DNA from: a virus | Virus record (IMG/VR): IMGVR_UViG_3300009431_000015 | Coordinates: 3,779 to 67,778 of that record | Direction: 5' to 3' (one strand) | Length of the DNA: 64,000 bases | In this document: positions 24,657 through 34,286 of the stretch, in pieces | Layout of the letters: each line of letters begins with the position of its first letter | Numbering within the stretch: position 1 is the first letter of the stretch | Made by a program: the position numbers and the translations under genes | The notes under the pieces: generated by a model | What the model was told of the DNA's origin: nothing | The model's input: the letters and a program-made list of their open reading frames with translations, nothing else | Databases searched by the model: none

Positions 24657-26228
24657 ATGCCTTACACAAAACCAGGAATAGAAATAACTCAAACACAAGC
24701 CAGTACAACTCCTGTACTAATTTCACCTGAATTAGAAGGAGTAGTAATTGGTCGCGGTTATCATATTCAAGATATATTCTTGGACGATTCACAATTAACT
24801 ACACCTGTATATAGCGGGGTTTCTACGACATTCAATTTAAGTGATATAAATTCTAGTTACTATGATGTAACTGGTGATGAATCATTAGTTATAGTTGACC
24901 TAGTAGAGTCACCAGATGTTATAAATCATTTAGTCTACGGTACAGATTTTTCAGTAAGTAGTAATGTAGTTACGCTTTCTGGTAGTATTACTACCAATAA
25001 TGCTTACATCCGTTGTGGGTTTCGTGCAAGTAAAACTACTATATCAGGATTGCAATTAATGGAATCAGCCTCTGATATAGAAAACATTATTGGATTACCG
25101 GTTACATACAATCCATTAGCTTTTGCAGCCCGTGTAGCTCAAAATCAATTTGGAGCAAAAATCTACACTTACGGTATACAAGACGATACAACTGCCGAAT
25201 ACGATGAAGCACTCTATGCTCTTGAATCAGAGGATGTTTATGCTCTTGCACCTCTTTCGCACCGTGTTTCTCCGACTACAATGGTTGCTCATGCGAATAG
25301 CATGTCTCTTGCAGCTAATAAGAAAGAGAGAATTATAGTTGTGAATAGACCAGTTCCATCATGGACAGGTACTGCTCATGCAGAAACAAGTTCACAGAAA
25401 GCTATTACAGCGACAGCAGTTCGTGATGCTTACCTATCTACACAAGAAAAAAGATTATTTGTTACGTTTCCGGATATGGCATACGTTGAAGAGACAAGAC
25501 ACATATCAACACTGTCTCCAACATTTATCGAAAATAGTTTATCAGAATTTACCACTATAACTGATAATAGCTATTACATAGCTAAGTTTGCTACAGATAC
25601 AACAGTTGGAACTTATAAATATAAAGCAGGACAGAATATAACAGCTAGTATTTGGGCTGATCTGGTAACAGAAGGTTACCATGAACTTACAGTCTTAGTG
25701 CCGGTCCCTGGATTTTATTATAACGCAGCCGTAGTTGGCCAAGCAATTGGTAAAACTCCGGAACAACCTTTGACAAATTATCCGATAACTGATATAAATC
25801 GCACTTTCGGAAGCCAGGATTACTTCTCTGAAGCTCATTTAAATACTATAGCTAATGGCGGAGTTTATATCATGACTCAGCGTGCCAAAACAGCTCCGAT
25901 AGTTAGTAGACACCAAATGTCAACTAATACACTTTCTATAGCTAAACGCGAGCTTTCTGTTACTACAGCTCTAGATTACACTGCTAAATATATCAGAAAT
26001 ACCTTAGCGCCATACATTGGAAGATACACTATTACCACGCAGTTTATAAGTATGGTTTCTACAATGATAACAGGTATTGGTGATAGTTTAAAAGAATCAG
26101 GATATATCAGAGATTTAAAAGTAAAAAAAGTAGAACAATCGGCGTTATCTCCGGATACTATACTGTGTGAAGTTGATGTAGCGGTACTGTACCCAGTTAA
26201 TTACATTACGATCACGTTAGTATTCTAA
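24657..26228 (+). CDS. Tail sheath protein
   Basis: MPYTKPGIEITQ start; RHQMST, RELSV, YIGRYTIT, VLYPVNYITITLVF C-terminus typical of sheath; GGAGG RBS. Confidence 0.85.
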   Translation: MPYTKPGIEITQTQASTTPVLISPELEGVVIGRGYHIQDIFLDDSQLTTPVYSGVSTTFNLSDINSSYYDVTGDESLVIVDLVESPDVINHLVYGTDFSVSSNVVTLSGSITTNNAYIRCGFRASKTTISGLQLMESASDIENIIGLPVTYNPLAFAARVAQNQFGAKIYTYGIQDDTTAEYDEALYALESEDVYALAPLSHRVSPTTMVAHANSMSLAANKKERIIVVNRPVPSWTGTAHAETSSQKAITATAVRDAYLSTQEKRLFVTFPDMAYVEETRHISTLSPTFIENSLSEFTTITDNSYYIAKFATDTTVGTYKYKAGQNITASIWADLVTEGYHELTVLVPVPGFYYNAAVVGQAIGKTPEQPLTNYPITDINRTFGSQDYFSEAHLNTIANGGVYIMTQRAKTAPIVSRHQMSTNTLSIAKRELSVTTALDYTAKYIRNTLAPYIGRYTITTQFISMVSTMITGIGDSLKESGYIRDLKVKKVEQSALSPDTILCEVDVAVLYPVNYITITLVF

Positions 26229-26246
26229 ATTGGAGGAATTAATTAA

Positions 26247-26978
26247 ATGTCAATAACAAACATATTCACACAAAAATATAGTCAGTGGAAAGAGCAGTGG
26301 GAAGATTCCAGAGTACAAAAGCTAACTAGTGATACAGGTGATTTTGTATCGGCCGAGAGTACATTGATAGTTAGCGGACCACCTACTTATGCAGGGGATG
26401 AGCAAGAATTAATCCCTGTTGGATTAGTACAAAATGCGACAATTACACAGAATAAACAAATCCAACAGCTTCACGAAGTAGGCAGTAGACAGATGTTTAC
26501 TGTTCCTGGAAGAACTTTTGCTTCAGTAGGTATTGCAAGAGTTCTTTTCGATGGACCATCCTTGCTGTTCGCTTTAACATCATACTATTCGGGCGCTGAT
26601 GTTGTTATTCCAAATATAGCTGCAGGTGCTTCTAATACTGAAAAACCTGCTGTACCTTATCCTGAACCTTCTGCTGGAAAAACAAAAGTTACTGAATCTA
26701 CTACACCAGATCAACTGGGCGCATATTGGGGTAACCTTAATGCATCAGTGTTCAATAGACCTTTGGGTCTTGGATTTATTTTTATGGATATTGATTCGAC
26801 TTTCTATGGTGGAATCTATCTGGAAAAATGTTTTGTACAAAGCTACAATATGGGCATATCAGCACAGCAAACGATCTTATTGGAAAATGTACAAATACGT
26901 ACAACCAATATTAGACCAATAGTTACATCTGATAATGCTTCTTCACCAAGAAGTTCATATAAAGCATCGCAAAGCTAA
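26247..26978 (+). CDS. Tail tube protein
   Basis: Follows sheath; PVGLVQN...QQLHEVGS...VPGR, YLEKCFVQSY...ILLENV. Confidence 0.75.
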   Translation: MSITNIFTQKYSQWKEQWEDSRVQKLTSDTGDFVSAESTLIVSGPPTYAGDEQELIPVGLVQNATITQNKQIQQLHEVGSRQMFTVPGRTFASVGIARVLFDGPSLLFALTSYYSGADVVIPNIAAGASNTEKPAVPYPEPSAGKTKVTESTTPDQLGAYWGNLNASVFNRPLGLGFIFMDIDSTFYGGIYLEKCFVQSYNMGISAQQTILLENVQIRTTNIRPIVTSDNASSPRSSYKASQS

Positions 26979-27019
26979 CATAGATTTACAGCTTTAAAGC
27001 TTTAACTGATTTTTAATCT

Positions 27020-27060
27020 AAAAAAAAGGGTGACCGATAATTAAGTCAGTCGCCCTTTTT
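27020..27060. terminator. Bidirectional terminator between convergent blocks
   Basis: A-tract, GGGTGAC...GTCGCCC, T-tract. Confidence 0.8.
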
Positions 27061-27072
27061 AAATAATATTCT

Positions 27073-27155
27073 CTACTGTGGTATTATATTTTCCACTAAT
27101 TCTTTCAATATGTCCCCATGGCAAGCTTTCGGTGCACACCAACAACCAAGTGTAC
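27073..27155 (-). pseudogene. DUF4326-like C-terminal remnant
   Basis: TLGCWCAPKACHGDILKELVENIIPQ*; in-frame TAA shortly upstream and no ATG. Confidence 0.65.
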
Positions 27156-27205
27156 AAGCGCTATTGTTATTAATGAAAATAGCATTTTATTTTCCCTATG
27201 TTTAG

Positions 27206-27295
27206 GCAGGGCCAGGAGCACATTGTAATGATTACGTTTGTTCATAAAGTCTCTTATATGAACTTATCCATTATTATGCTCCTGCAGATCCCCGC
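27206..27295 (-). other. Long nested hairpin (candidate structured RNA)
   Basis: GCGGGG/CCCTGC, CAGGAGCAT/GTGCTCCTG, TAATG/CATTA, GTTCATA/TATGAAC; G-U pairs form only on the minus strand. Confidence 0.5.
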
Positions 27296-27307
27296 TACAA
27301 TTAAACT

Positions 27308-27676
27308 CTATTTTCCCCAGGTCCCTTCTTTGACTAATCTAGCTATAATGCCGTAAATAGTCAAATCAAGAAATGCATCTTCTACTGGTTCATTTGCGGC
27401 CTCACGGTTATGCTTGATTACCATATTTATTAGCCTTTGAACCTTATCGTTGATCCGAATTATTAAAGCTGTTAAAGAAAGCTTTTTCTCAGCCTCAGTA
27501 TTTAAATTACTTCCCATCGTAATATTTCCGGGACCGTAATCCATTTGTTTCTTACAAAATAATTCGAAATCTGCAGCTTGTATCTCTTTGAATCTCTTAG
27601 TCATTGCTGGGAAGTTACTTTTGCAGTATTCGACTGGGTTAATTGTTTCTCTATCTACAGGTGTATCTTTTGCCAT
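27308..27676 (-). CDS. Nucleotide-modification-associated domain protein (DUF1599/Nmad1-like)
   Basis: FCKKQMDYG...IRINDKVQRL...EPVEDAFLDLTIYGII. Confidence 0.75.
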   Translation of the reverse strand: MAKDTPVDRETINPVEYCKSNFPAMTKRFKEIQAADFELFCKKQMDYGPGNITMGSNLNTEAEKKLSLTALIIRINDKVQRLINMVIKHNREAANEPVEDAFLDLTIYGIIARLVKEGTWGK

Positions 27677-27703
27677 ATTTCTTAATGGTTTATTTTAATT
27701 TCT

Positions 27704-30295
27704 CTAATGCACCCAATGAGTACTCACCTCAGGATTTATTTCCATAGGTATACCCGGTGCGTATGTACTAAAAGCTGTCATCATGTCTTTTCTAATCATC
27801 GTAGCTACGAGATTAGCTATTGGTGCGTGACATTCAACTAGAATTTCCATTTGTGTTACGAACTAACCGATTCCGTCAGTTCTCTTTAGATTTCTCTAAA
27901 GATCGGACTATATCATAAGCCCTACGGCCTCTAAGATCCTTCGGTATATCTTTATACCTACTCGCGTATTTTGCGATAGTCTCTGAGGATGGTATTTTAT
28001 ATTTGTAATCATGGTTATTAAACTTATTTAGAATATTAGCTATTGTAGGAGTGTCATACACTTTAAATTGTAAAAAGTAGCCTTTAGCTCCTTTTTGTTT
28101 ATGATATGTACTATGCAACCCAAACTTAGTATTTAACAAGTTTTCGAATTGGGTAGCAAATCGTTTAGAGTATTCTTTTCCAATATATAAATTATAGTAG
28201 TTTAATGTTTTATGGAAAGAACCGTTATCAAATATTAATAAGGCGAACCCTAGCTGGTCTATCGGTCCTAATGCGCGCTCTACTTCCCAAAAACTTGATT
28301 CTTTTAATTTATTAAGAGTATCTGATTTACCTAGGGTAAACTCATAAAGTATATTTTTTCTATTAACTGATCCCCAAAGGTTAGATTTTTGTATAGTAGT
28401 TATCAGTGAATGCTTATATTCTAAATAGTTCTTTACATAACCTCCAAATTTTATTCTTAAAACTCTTTTTTGGCGCATCCAGTATGAGTCACCAGTATAA
28501 GAGCTTATTATTAATTGTTTTTCTTTTTTTGTCATTTATACCTGTCCTGCTGATTGCCCAATCCTATAAATTTTTACACTACGGTATTATAGGCTCTAAG
28601 GGTATTCCAGCATATCATCTTAGTTTAATCATGACGGTTTTCGCTATCATGAACTATATTTACAATTTTTGCGTCCCAATTGTGCTTAATTATACTTCTT
28701 CTAACCAAGCACCCAGCGTGTTTAGTTACACTGGCACCTGCTCCTTGGAATGGAATATTTTTACAGATATTCATGTAATGATTTACTACGCCAGGGTTGT
28801 CCCAATCTCCAGAGGACAAATCTCGTCTACGACCGTCTAGTGGAGAAAGAGCATACTTATTTTCTTTTCCCTTACTCATAAGTGTGTTCATACAGCTAGC
28901 TATTCCGGGGAATACCTGAAAATATTTCTTCAATAATGCTGATGCCTCTTTTATATCTATTTTGAGATTATCGGCTAAGCGTTTTGCGCCTATTCCATAA
29001 ACAATTCCAAAATTTAGAGATTTAGCCGGTTGACGGTATTTAATGCCCATTTCCTTTATTAGTTTACCGTTTTTATCGAAGAAGTCTTCATATGGAATAT
29101 CGTATATAATACAAGCAGAATAACAATGTAAATCTTTTCCTTCTCTTAATGCCGTCAGAAATGCTGGCTCTTGTGAAAGAAATGCTAACAGTTTCAATTC
29201 CTGTTGAGCATAGTCAGCGCAGATTATTTTTCTTGTTTTATCCGGAGCTTCGAATGGTGTTCTATACTCTTGTGCTCTTGGGATATTCGTCAGGTTAGGG
29301 TTCCTGCTCGAAAATCTGCCTGTCTCAGCACCAAGTTGTAAAAAGGTAGAGTAGATTCTACCATCTTCACGGACATGCTGATCTACAAAGGATTGCCCAT
29401 ATGTATCTATTTTTTTAACAGCACGTCTATAATTAAATAGTGCTTTTATTACAGGATAACTACTCTCCAGTGCTTTTAAATATTTCTCCTCAGTTGTTTT
29501 GAGAGTGAAACCACATAACTTACTCAGTATAGGCTTTATTTGTGTAACGCTTTTATAATTAATGACCGGGTCGCCGAATAGATCAATTTGACAATATTTT
29601 AAAAAGTGACTATCCAACTCTTTTTTGGCAATTTTGGCTTCTTTTTCAGCTGTTGTTTTCAATGCAAGCCATGCTTTTGTATTGATGTAGATCCCGTTAA
29701 GTTCTAAGTCACCGGTTAGTTTGGTTGACTCGTATTCAACAATTGATAACTTCCTCATGCCTCTTTCATTCAGAAGTTTCTGAATTGATTGATACGCCGG
29801 GATCAGGTATTGTACATCTTCTCCTGAATACTTGATTTGATTACTAGTAAATTCGCTACCAAATGGCAATCCTATAAATGTGGATCTTTCGTCTTTATCA
29901 AGATGAGTTCGCAAATATTTATTTGCAACATCTGCTAATCCCGCATCGATACGTTTGCCTTGAGTCAGAAGCTTTTCTCCTATATATGTACATGCAACTC
30001 TTCCAGGATTAAACCCTAAGTGATGTTTTAACATTTTATAATCAAATTTCATGTTGTGGGCTATTAATAAGCCCTTGCAGGTATTGAGGAAGGAAATTAA
30101 TAGTGAGATACTTTTACCCAATTTATACACATCAAATACATACTGATGTATTTCATTACCCAATTGAATTAATAATAAGTCATTAACAGTTGGGTTTAAC
30201 CCGTTTGCTTCGGTATCCAAACCTATCATATTTAGTTTATCTAAGTACTTGATAGCTTCTTTGATACCTTGTTCAGTTTTTACATATTTTATCAT
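27704..30295 (-). CDS. polA: DNA polymerase family A (3'-5' exo + pol), two exons 30295-28646 and 27847-27704, 597 aa spliced
   Basis: LDTE, AHNMKFD, TGRFSSRNPN, ADYAQQE (motif A), RQPAKSLNFGIVYG (motif B); splicing restores VHD|EILVE (motif C). Confidence 0.92.
27848..28645 (-). mobile_element. Group I intron (798 nt) in polA motif C
   Basis: P1 TCATGAT/GTCATGA with U-G at splice site; P ATGCTGGAA, Q AATCAGCAGG, R TCAGAGACTA, S GATATAGTCC; terminal G at 27848. Confidence 0.92.
27876..28535 (-). CDS. Intron-encoded LAGLIDADG homing endonuclease
   Basis: LIISSYTGDS, YLEYK, GFALLIFDNGS, YKYKI; 3' end runs through intron core R and S. Confidence 0.8.
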   Translation of the reverse strand: MTKKEKQLIISSYTGDSYWMRQKRVLRIKFGGYVKNYLEYKHSLITTIQKSNLWGSVNRKNILYEFTLGKSDTLNKLKESSFWEVERALGPIDQLGFALLIFDNGSFHKTLNYYNLYIGKEYSKRFATQFENLLNTKFGLHSTYHKQKGAKGYFLQFKVYDTPTIANILNKFNNHDYKYKIPSSETIAKYASRYKDIPKDLRGRRAYDIVRSLEKSKEN

Positions 30296-30329
30296 TCCTG
30301 TTTTTGGTTTGTAACTTGTAACTTATAAC

Positions 30330-31124
30330 TTACAAATAGATTCTCAGTTTCTCCTGTCTGTGCTTCAATCTAAGTTTTGCGATTACCTTTTCTTTAATTT
30401 GCCTAATCCTTTCTCTTGTTAAGCTATATTTTTCACCGATTTCTTTAAGTGTATAATTTCTTACATACCCAATTCCATAATACATTTCTATTATTGTCTT
30501 TTCTCTCTCGGGAAAATCTTTTATTATGTCATTAAGCTCTTTTCGAAATTCAAGCTCGTATTCTCCAGGGCTGGAGTTAGGATTTTTGATGACGTTATTT
30601 AAATTTTTTCCATCATCAGTTTGTGGGGCGTCCAGATAAACGTAGGAGTAATTAAATTTCATATCTTTTACTATATCTGGATTCTCCAAATACTCGGAAA
30701 TTTCAGCTACTGAAGGCGCTCTTCCGAGTTTTTCTGATAAGATTTCCATAGCTTTGTTTGTTTTTGCTACGTTGGTCAATTTGTTAATCGGGAGTCTAAT
30801 TAATTTAGCATTTTCATGGATAGCATTCAAAATAGTTTGCCGAATCCACCAGACACCATACGTAATAAACTTGACATTTCTTTCTATATCAAATTTGTTG
30901 AAAGCTTTGACAAGACCGAAGTTCCCTTCGGCTATGAGATCTTCCAAATCTAACCCTTGACCTTGGTATCTCTTAGCTACGGTTATAACAAATTTTAGGT
31001 TACTTCTCATCAGTAGCTCGTAATTTAAAGCATTGCCACGCTTAGCTGATTTTAGTACCTCTCTTTCTCTCTTTTTAGGTAAAGGCTCAGCATCCCCAAT
31101 GCTGGCTAGGTAGTCGTCTATCAT
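30330..31124 (-). CDS. Sigma70-family RNA polymerase sigma factor (RpoD/RpoS-like, lacks region 1.1)
   Basis: NLKFVITVAKRYQGQGLDLEDLIAEGNFGL, KFITYGVWWIRQ, IRLP, TLKEIG...LTRERIRQIKEK. Confidence 0.93.
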   Translation of the reverse strand: MIDDYLASIGDAEPLPKKREREVLKSAKRGNALNYELLMRSNLKFVITVAKRYQGQGLDLEDLIAEGNFGLVKAFNKFDIERNVKFITYGVWWIRQTILNAIHENAKLIRLPINKLTNVAKTNKAMEILSEKLGRAPSVAEISEYLENPDIVKDMKFNYSYVYLDAPQTDDGKNLNNVIKNPNSSPGEYELEFRKELNDIIKDFPEREKTIIEMYYGIGYVRNYTLKEIGEKYSLTRERIRQIKEKVIAKLRLKHRQEKLRIYL

Positions 31125-31128
31125 TTCT

Positions 31129-31317
31129 CTACACTCGTTGGTTCGGTTTACCCCAAGTACTATTGGGCATTAATTCTAAGATACTTAATCGTTTCGTGTG
31201 GAATTTTAGTTTGTTACTTTTACGTTTCCACTGTGCCTCACCAAGTTTACCTTTAATTCGATTTTTTAACTCTAGTAGTTTGTGTTGTCTTCTGAAAGCT
31301 TTTTGTTGTTTATTCAT
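31129..31317 (-). CDS. Small basic hypothetical protein
   Basis: 62 aa, GAGG RBS, tiles between neighbours. Confidence 0.55.
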   Translation of the reverse strand: MNKQQKAFRRQHKLLELKNRIKGKLGEAQWKRKSNKLKFHTKRLSILELMPNSTWGKPNQRV

Positions 31318-31327
31318 TTCTGCCTCT

Positions 31328-32023
31328 TTAAAATTCTATTATCCTATATGCATCAGAGTTAACTCCAAAGTTACCAATACCAATTATACTCATTTCTCCC
31401 CAAGATGTTTCATAAGCGTAATGATGATGACCATGGAGATAATATTTAGGTTCTATACAATTTACAAGATATCTTAGTTTTTCTTTACCTTCTTCACGAT
31501 TTGGCATAAATCCTACTGCAGCCTCATGTGTGATTAATACATCGATTGGCTCATCCTGAAATTTATTAATAAAATCTACTAATTCATCTTCTGTATAAAA
31601 TCTTTTATTCCTACCTTTTAGCTTTTCCACTCCCCATTTAAATTTAACAGGTGAGTAGATTCCACCGAAGCCGGCCACAGTGATCCCATTCCCCGCTACG
31701 TGTAACGAGCGATTGTTTATACTAAATAAATTCAGTACTTCTAACGCCTTACCATTGTCGTAGTCGTCATGATTACCTTTGATATAATAAACTGGGCATG
31801 GTAATGCTTCTATGTTACCGTTTTGGTAGTCATTAATAAACTTTGCCATTTCAGCTTCGTTATGGCTCCAGGCTTTTTTATCTGCATGCGCCGCTTTAAA
31901 GTCTGTATACAGCCCCAGGTCACCTAATTGAAAAGCTAAAAGAAATTTATCTTTTTTTAGAAGACTTGCAAGGCCTGTATAGTTGCCATGCAAGTCTCCA
32001 ACTATTAATATTTTACTACTCAT
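31328..32023 (-). CDS. Calcineurin-like metallophosphoesterase
   Basis: GDLHG, LGDLG, GNHD, ITHE, HGHHH. Confidence 0.9.
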   Translation of the reverse strand: MSSKILIVGDLHGNYTGLASLLKKDKFLLAFQLGDLGLYTDFKAAHADKKAWSHNEAEMAKFINDYQNGNIEALPCPVYYIKGNHDDYDNGKALEVLNLFSINNRSLHVAGNGITVAGFGGIYSPVKFKWGVEKLKGRNKRFYTEDELVDFINKFQDEPIDVLITHEAAVGFMPNREEGKEKLRYLVNCIEPKYYLHGHHHYAYETSWGEMSIIGIGNFGVNSDAYRIIEF

Positions 32024-32531
32024 TTGTAAATTTGTCCATTATTGCTGATGCTTTACTAACTCTATGATGAACATCTGCGTCTGGGTTAGATAGGTTATTT
32101 TTGCCTGTGAGTGCCTCATGCACTTTGGCGTCTTGATCAGCAGGAACAGGCTCCACAGAGTGTTCTTTAAATTTCTTGGATTCGTCAGCTTTTGTTTTTT
32201 TCGCTGGTTCAGCTTTTGTTTTTTTCGCTGGTTCAGCTTTTGCTTTTGTTGGCTTATCTATTTTCTTTACCCGGGGCTTTGGTTTCTTCGACATTGAAAC
32301 ATTTGTTACCTTCGTTATTTTTGTAGTGTGTAAATAAGATTCAATTATGTTAGCCAAGAAGTACCCAACTATATACATGCACAATAAAATAGTTACGTTG
32401 TGTGCCGCTTGTGTAAAAGGAATAAACTCTTGGTATGCCCACATACTAAATATAAGCATTGCAAGTAATAAAAGTATTAATACCAATATTCCTTTATCAC
32501 TTAGTAGTTTGTTTATGTTTAATTTTTCCAT
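32016..32531 (-). CDS. Two-TM membrane protein with AEPAKKTK repeats
   Basis: Two hydrophobic helices, then Lys-rich tail with a 24-bp tandem repeat near 32186-32240. Confidence 0.65.
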   Translation of the reverse strand: MEKLNINKLLSDKGILVLILLLLAMLIFSMWAYQEFIPFTQAAHNVTILLCMYIVGYFLANIIESYLHTTKITKVTNVSMSKKPKPRVKKIDKPTKAKAEPAKKTKAEPAKKTKADESKKFKEHSVEPVPADQDAKVHEALTGKNNLSNPDADVHHRVSKASAIMDKFTNE

Positions 32532-32793
32532 TCTTATCGTATATTTCTCCGGTTGTTTTGTTAACGTACTGTCCAGTTCTTGCTACTTCCTCGCAGACAA
32601 TACATTTATGTCCTGGTCTATTATTACTACATTTTTTCGGGTTTTCCCAGTTATGGTAAATAGAATCCCAACGCTCATCAGATACATCCATATTGCTTTG
32701 TATATTCCAAATTTCTTTAAAATCTCTTGATTGTCTCCTCATTTGCCTTGGCGGTTTTCCGGCTTGTTGACCAAGCGTGTTTACATTAGCCAT
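32497..32793 (-). CDS. Hypothetical protein with C-x6-H-x-C-xx-C motif
   Basis: KCSNNRPGHKCIVCEE; start overlaps the E1 stop. Confidence 0.55.
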   Translation of the reverse strand: MANVNTLGQQAGKPPRQMRRQSRDFKEIWNIQSNMDVSDERWDSIYHNWENPKKCSNNRPGHKCIVCEEVARTGQYVNKTTGEIYDKNGKIKHKQTTK

Positions 32794-33379
32794 ATAATCT
32801 CACATCCTCTATTGGTACGTTCTCATTTCTGGCCCAATTTAATAACATCTGTGAGCCAATAGCTGCTACTATTTTGTTACCTTGTTGAATGATCCCTTGC
32901 TCTAATTCATATTCGAGTTGGCAACTTTTGTCTTCGCCATCTTCTTTAGGAAGAGTGGCTAACATCTTTTTAAGAGTATTTTTCTTATTCTTTGAATAGA
33001 AAGCGATTCCTTTTCCTTCAGATCTTAAATCAATCCAATAGAAATCCATTTTTTCAGCTGTGGTAAACAGTAATCTTCTAAAAGCAGGGTTATCAACACA
33101 ACTTATGATTAAGTCATAGTCTTTCAATTGTTTTGCTTCTGTTATTCTTTTAGCTATCTTCTCAAAACCGTACCTAGCTGCTAAACTTTCAACTTTGTAA
33201 TCTGTTACGTCTTCTATACCAAAGTTCTGGTATTTAATATTTTTTGTCTCTACTTCATCATCGTCTGCAAAAGTGATGAGTAGATGATCTGTTTGTTCAT
33301 GATGATTTAGATCATCAAGAAAAAAAGCAAGCCAGCTACCGATTCCACCGGCCCCAACTATCAATACATTCTTTGCCAT
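32786..33379 (-). CDS. ThiF/E1-like ubiquitin-activating enzyme
   Basis: VGAGGIGS, DDDEVETKNIKYQNF, KV, CVDNPAFRR, candidate catalytic SCQ; no CxxC zinc motifs. Confidence 0.9.
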   Translation of the reverse strand: MAKNVLIVGAGGIGSWLAFFLDDLNHHEQTDHLLITFADDDEVETKNIKYQNFGIEDVTDYKVESLAARYGFEKIAKRITEAKQLKDYDLIISCVDNPAFRRLLFTTAEKMDFYWIDLRSEGKGIAFYSKNKKNTLKKMLATLPKEDGEDKSCQLEYELEQGIIQQGNKIVAAIGSQMLLNWARNENVPIEDVRLYG

Positions 33380-33970
33380 TTATATCATATCTCCATGTTT
33401 CATGTTATCAGTTATAGCTGATTCATTAAATGCTGTTCTGTGTGACTCTATTTCTTTTACAATAACTTCAACTTCTTTGAATCCAAATTCTTCTCCGTCG
33501 TAATACTGGGCCGAAAATCGAGCACATCCCGGAGAATAGATTAAATAAATTCCAGCATATCCTGAATTGTTTGCTTCTCCTTGACCGTTACCAAATATGT
33601 CTGTATGAGATGGTATTGGAATACTTAACCCCGGATGCGTGTGGAATACTCCAACGAAGTCACGATTTGCATTGGGATTTATATGAGTGGTTTTTTTCAA
33701 AGTGTTTAGAAGATCGTTTGGATTTGGGACATAATCTACTCGTGTATTATTTCGTCCAATATTTTTCCAAGGATCAAAGTCCATTATTCGAATCCAGCCA
33801 TTATTTGCTTGGTTGATTCCAAGAAGACCGCCACAGACCTCATCATCTGTGGATGTATTGCCGTACGTGATTACCGCTATTAATGGTTTAATATCTAAGT
33901 AGCATTTAATTTTTTCCATCTTTAGTTTCCCATTTAATGTAATAATGGCTAAGACTGTAGCCCTAGCCAT
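33380..33970 (-). CDS. JAB/MPN metalloprotease (deubiquitinase-like)
   Basis: EVCGGLLG...GVFHTHP-x6-PSHTD. Confidence 0.88.
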   Translation of the reverse strand: MARATVLAIITLNGKLKMEKIKCYLDIKPLIAVITYGNTSTDDEVCGGLLGINQANNGWIRIMDFDPWKNIGRNNTRVDYVPNPNDLLNTLKKTTHINPNANRDFVGVFHTHPGLSIPIPSHTDIFGNGQGEANNSGYAGIYLIYSPGCARFSAQYYDGEEFGFKEVEVIVKEIESHRTAFNESAITDNMKHGDMI

Positions 33971-33988
33971 TATTATCAGATTATTAGA

Positions 33989-34237
33989 TTAGCCGCCGAC
34001 AAGTGAATTAATCAGTGTGACGTCTTCTGCATCAACTAACATATCGATGGTCATGTCGTTGGGATTTACAAAGTTCCCATCAATCATCGCCCATTTTGCT
34101 TCATTTTCACAAAGGTCACGAATGTTATCTATCGCAATTTCTGCATCTTCTTCGAAATCACTGTGGCCTCTGGTACTGACCACTTTATATTTGATTTTTG
34201 TCAGCGCTTTGTCTAGACTTTTTCTCTTTAGTGCCAT
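33989..34237 (-). CDS. Ubiquitin-like (beta-grasp) protein
   Basis: 82 aa ending DVTLINSLVGG*; adjacent to JAB and E1; GAGG RBS. Confidence 0.85.
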   Translation of the reverse strand: MALKRKSLDKALTKIKYKVVSTRGHSDFEEDAEIAIDNIRDLCENEAKWAMIDGNFVNPNDMTIDMLVDAEDVTLINSLVGG

Positions 34238-34286
34238 GTTTCTACTTTACCTCGGTAGTGTATTGTTAACAAGTTAATTTAAATAT

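Noticed and set aside
27206-27295. tRNA or SRP RNA
   Set aside because: No T-loop GTTCRA cloverleaf and no SRP GGAA-loop motif; no tRNA was recognised anywhere in the window by eye
28625-30295. polA as a truncated pseudogene
   Set aside because: Intact second exon and full group I intron signatures
32786-34237. ThiS/ThiF or MoaD/MoeB cofactor biosynthesis
   Set aside because: No sulfur-acceptor enzymes in the window and E1 lacks the Zn motifs; disfavoured but not fully excluded, since host enzymes could be used
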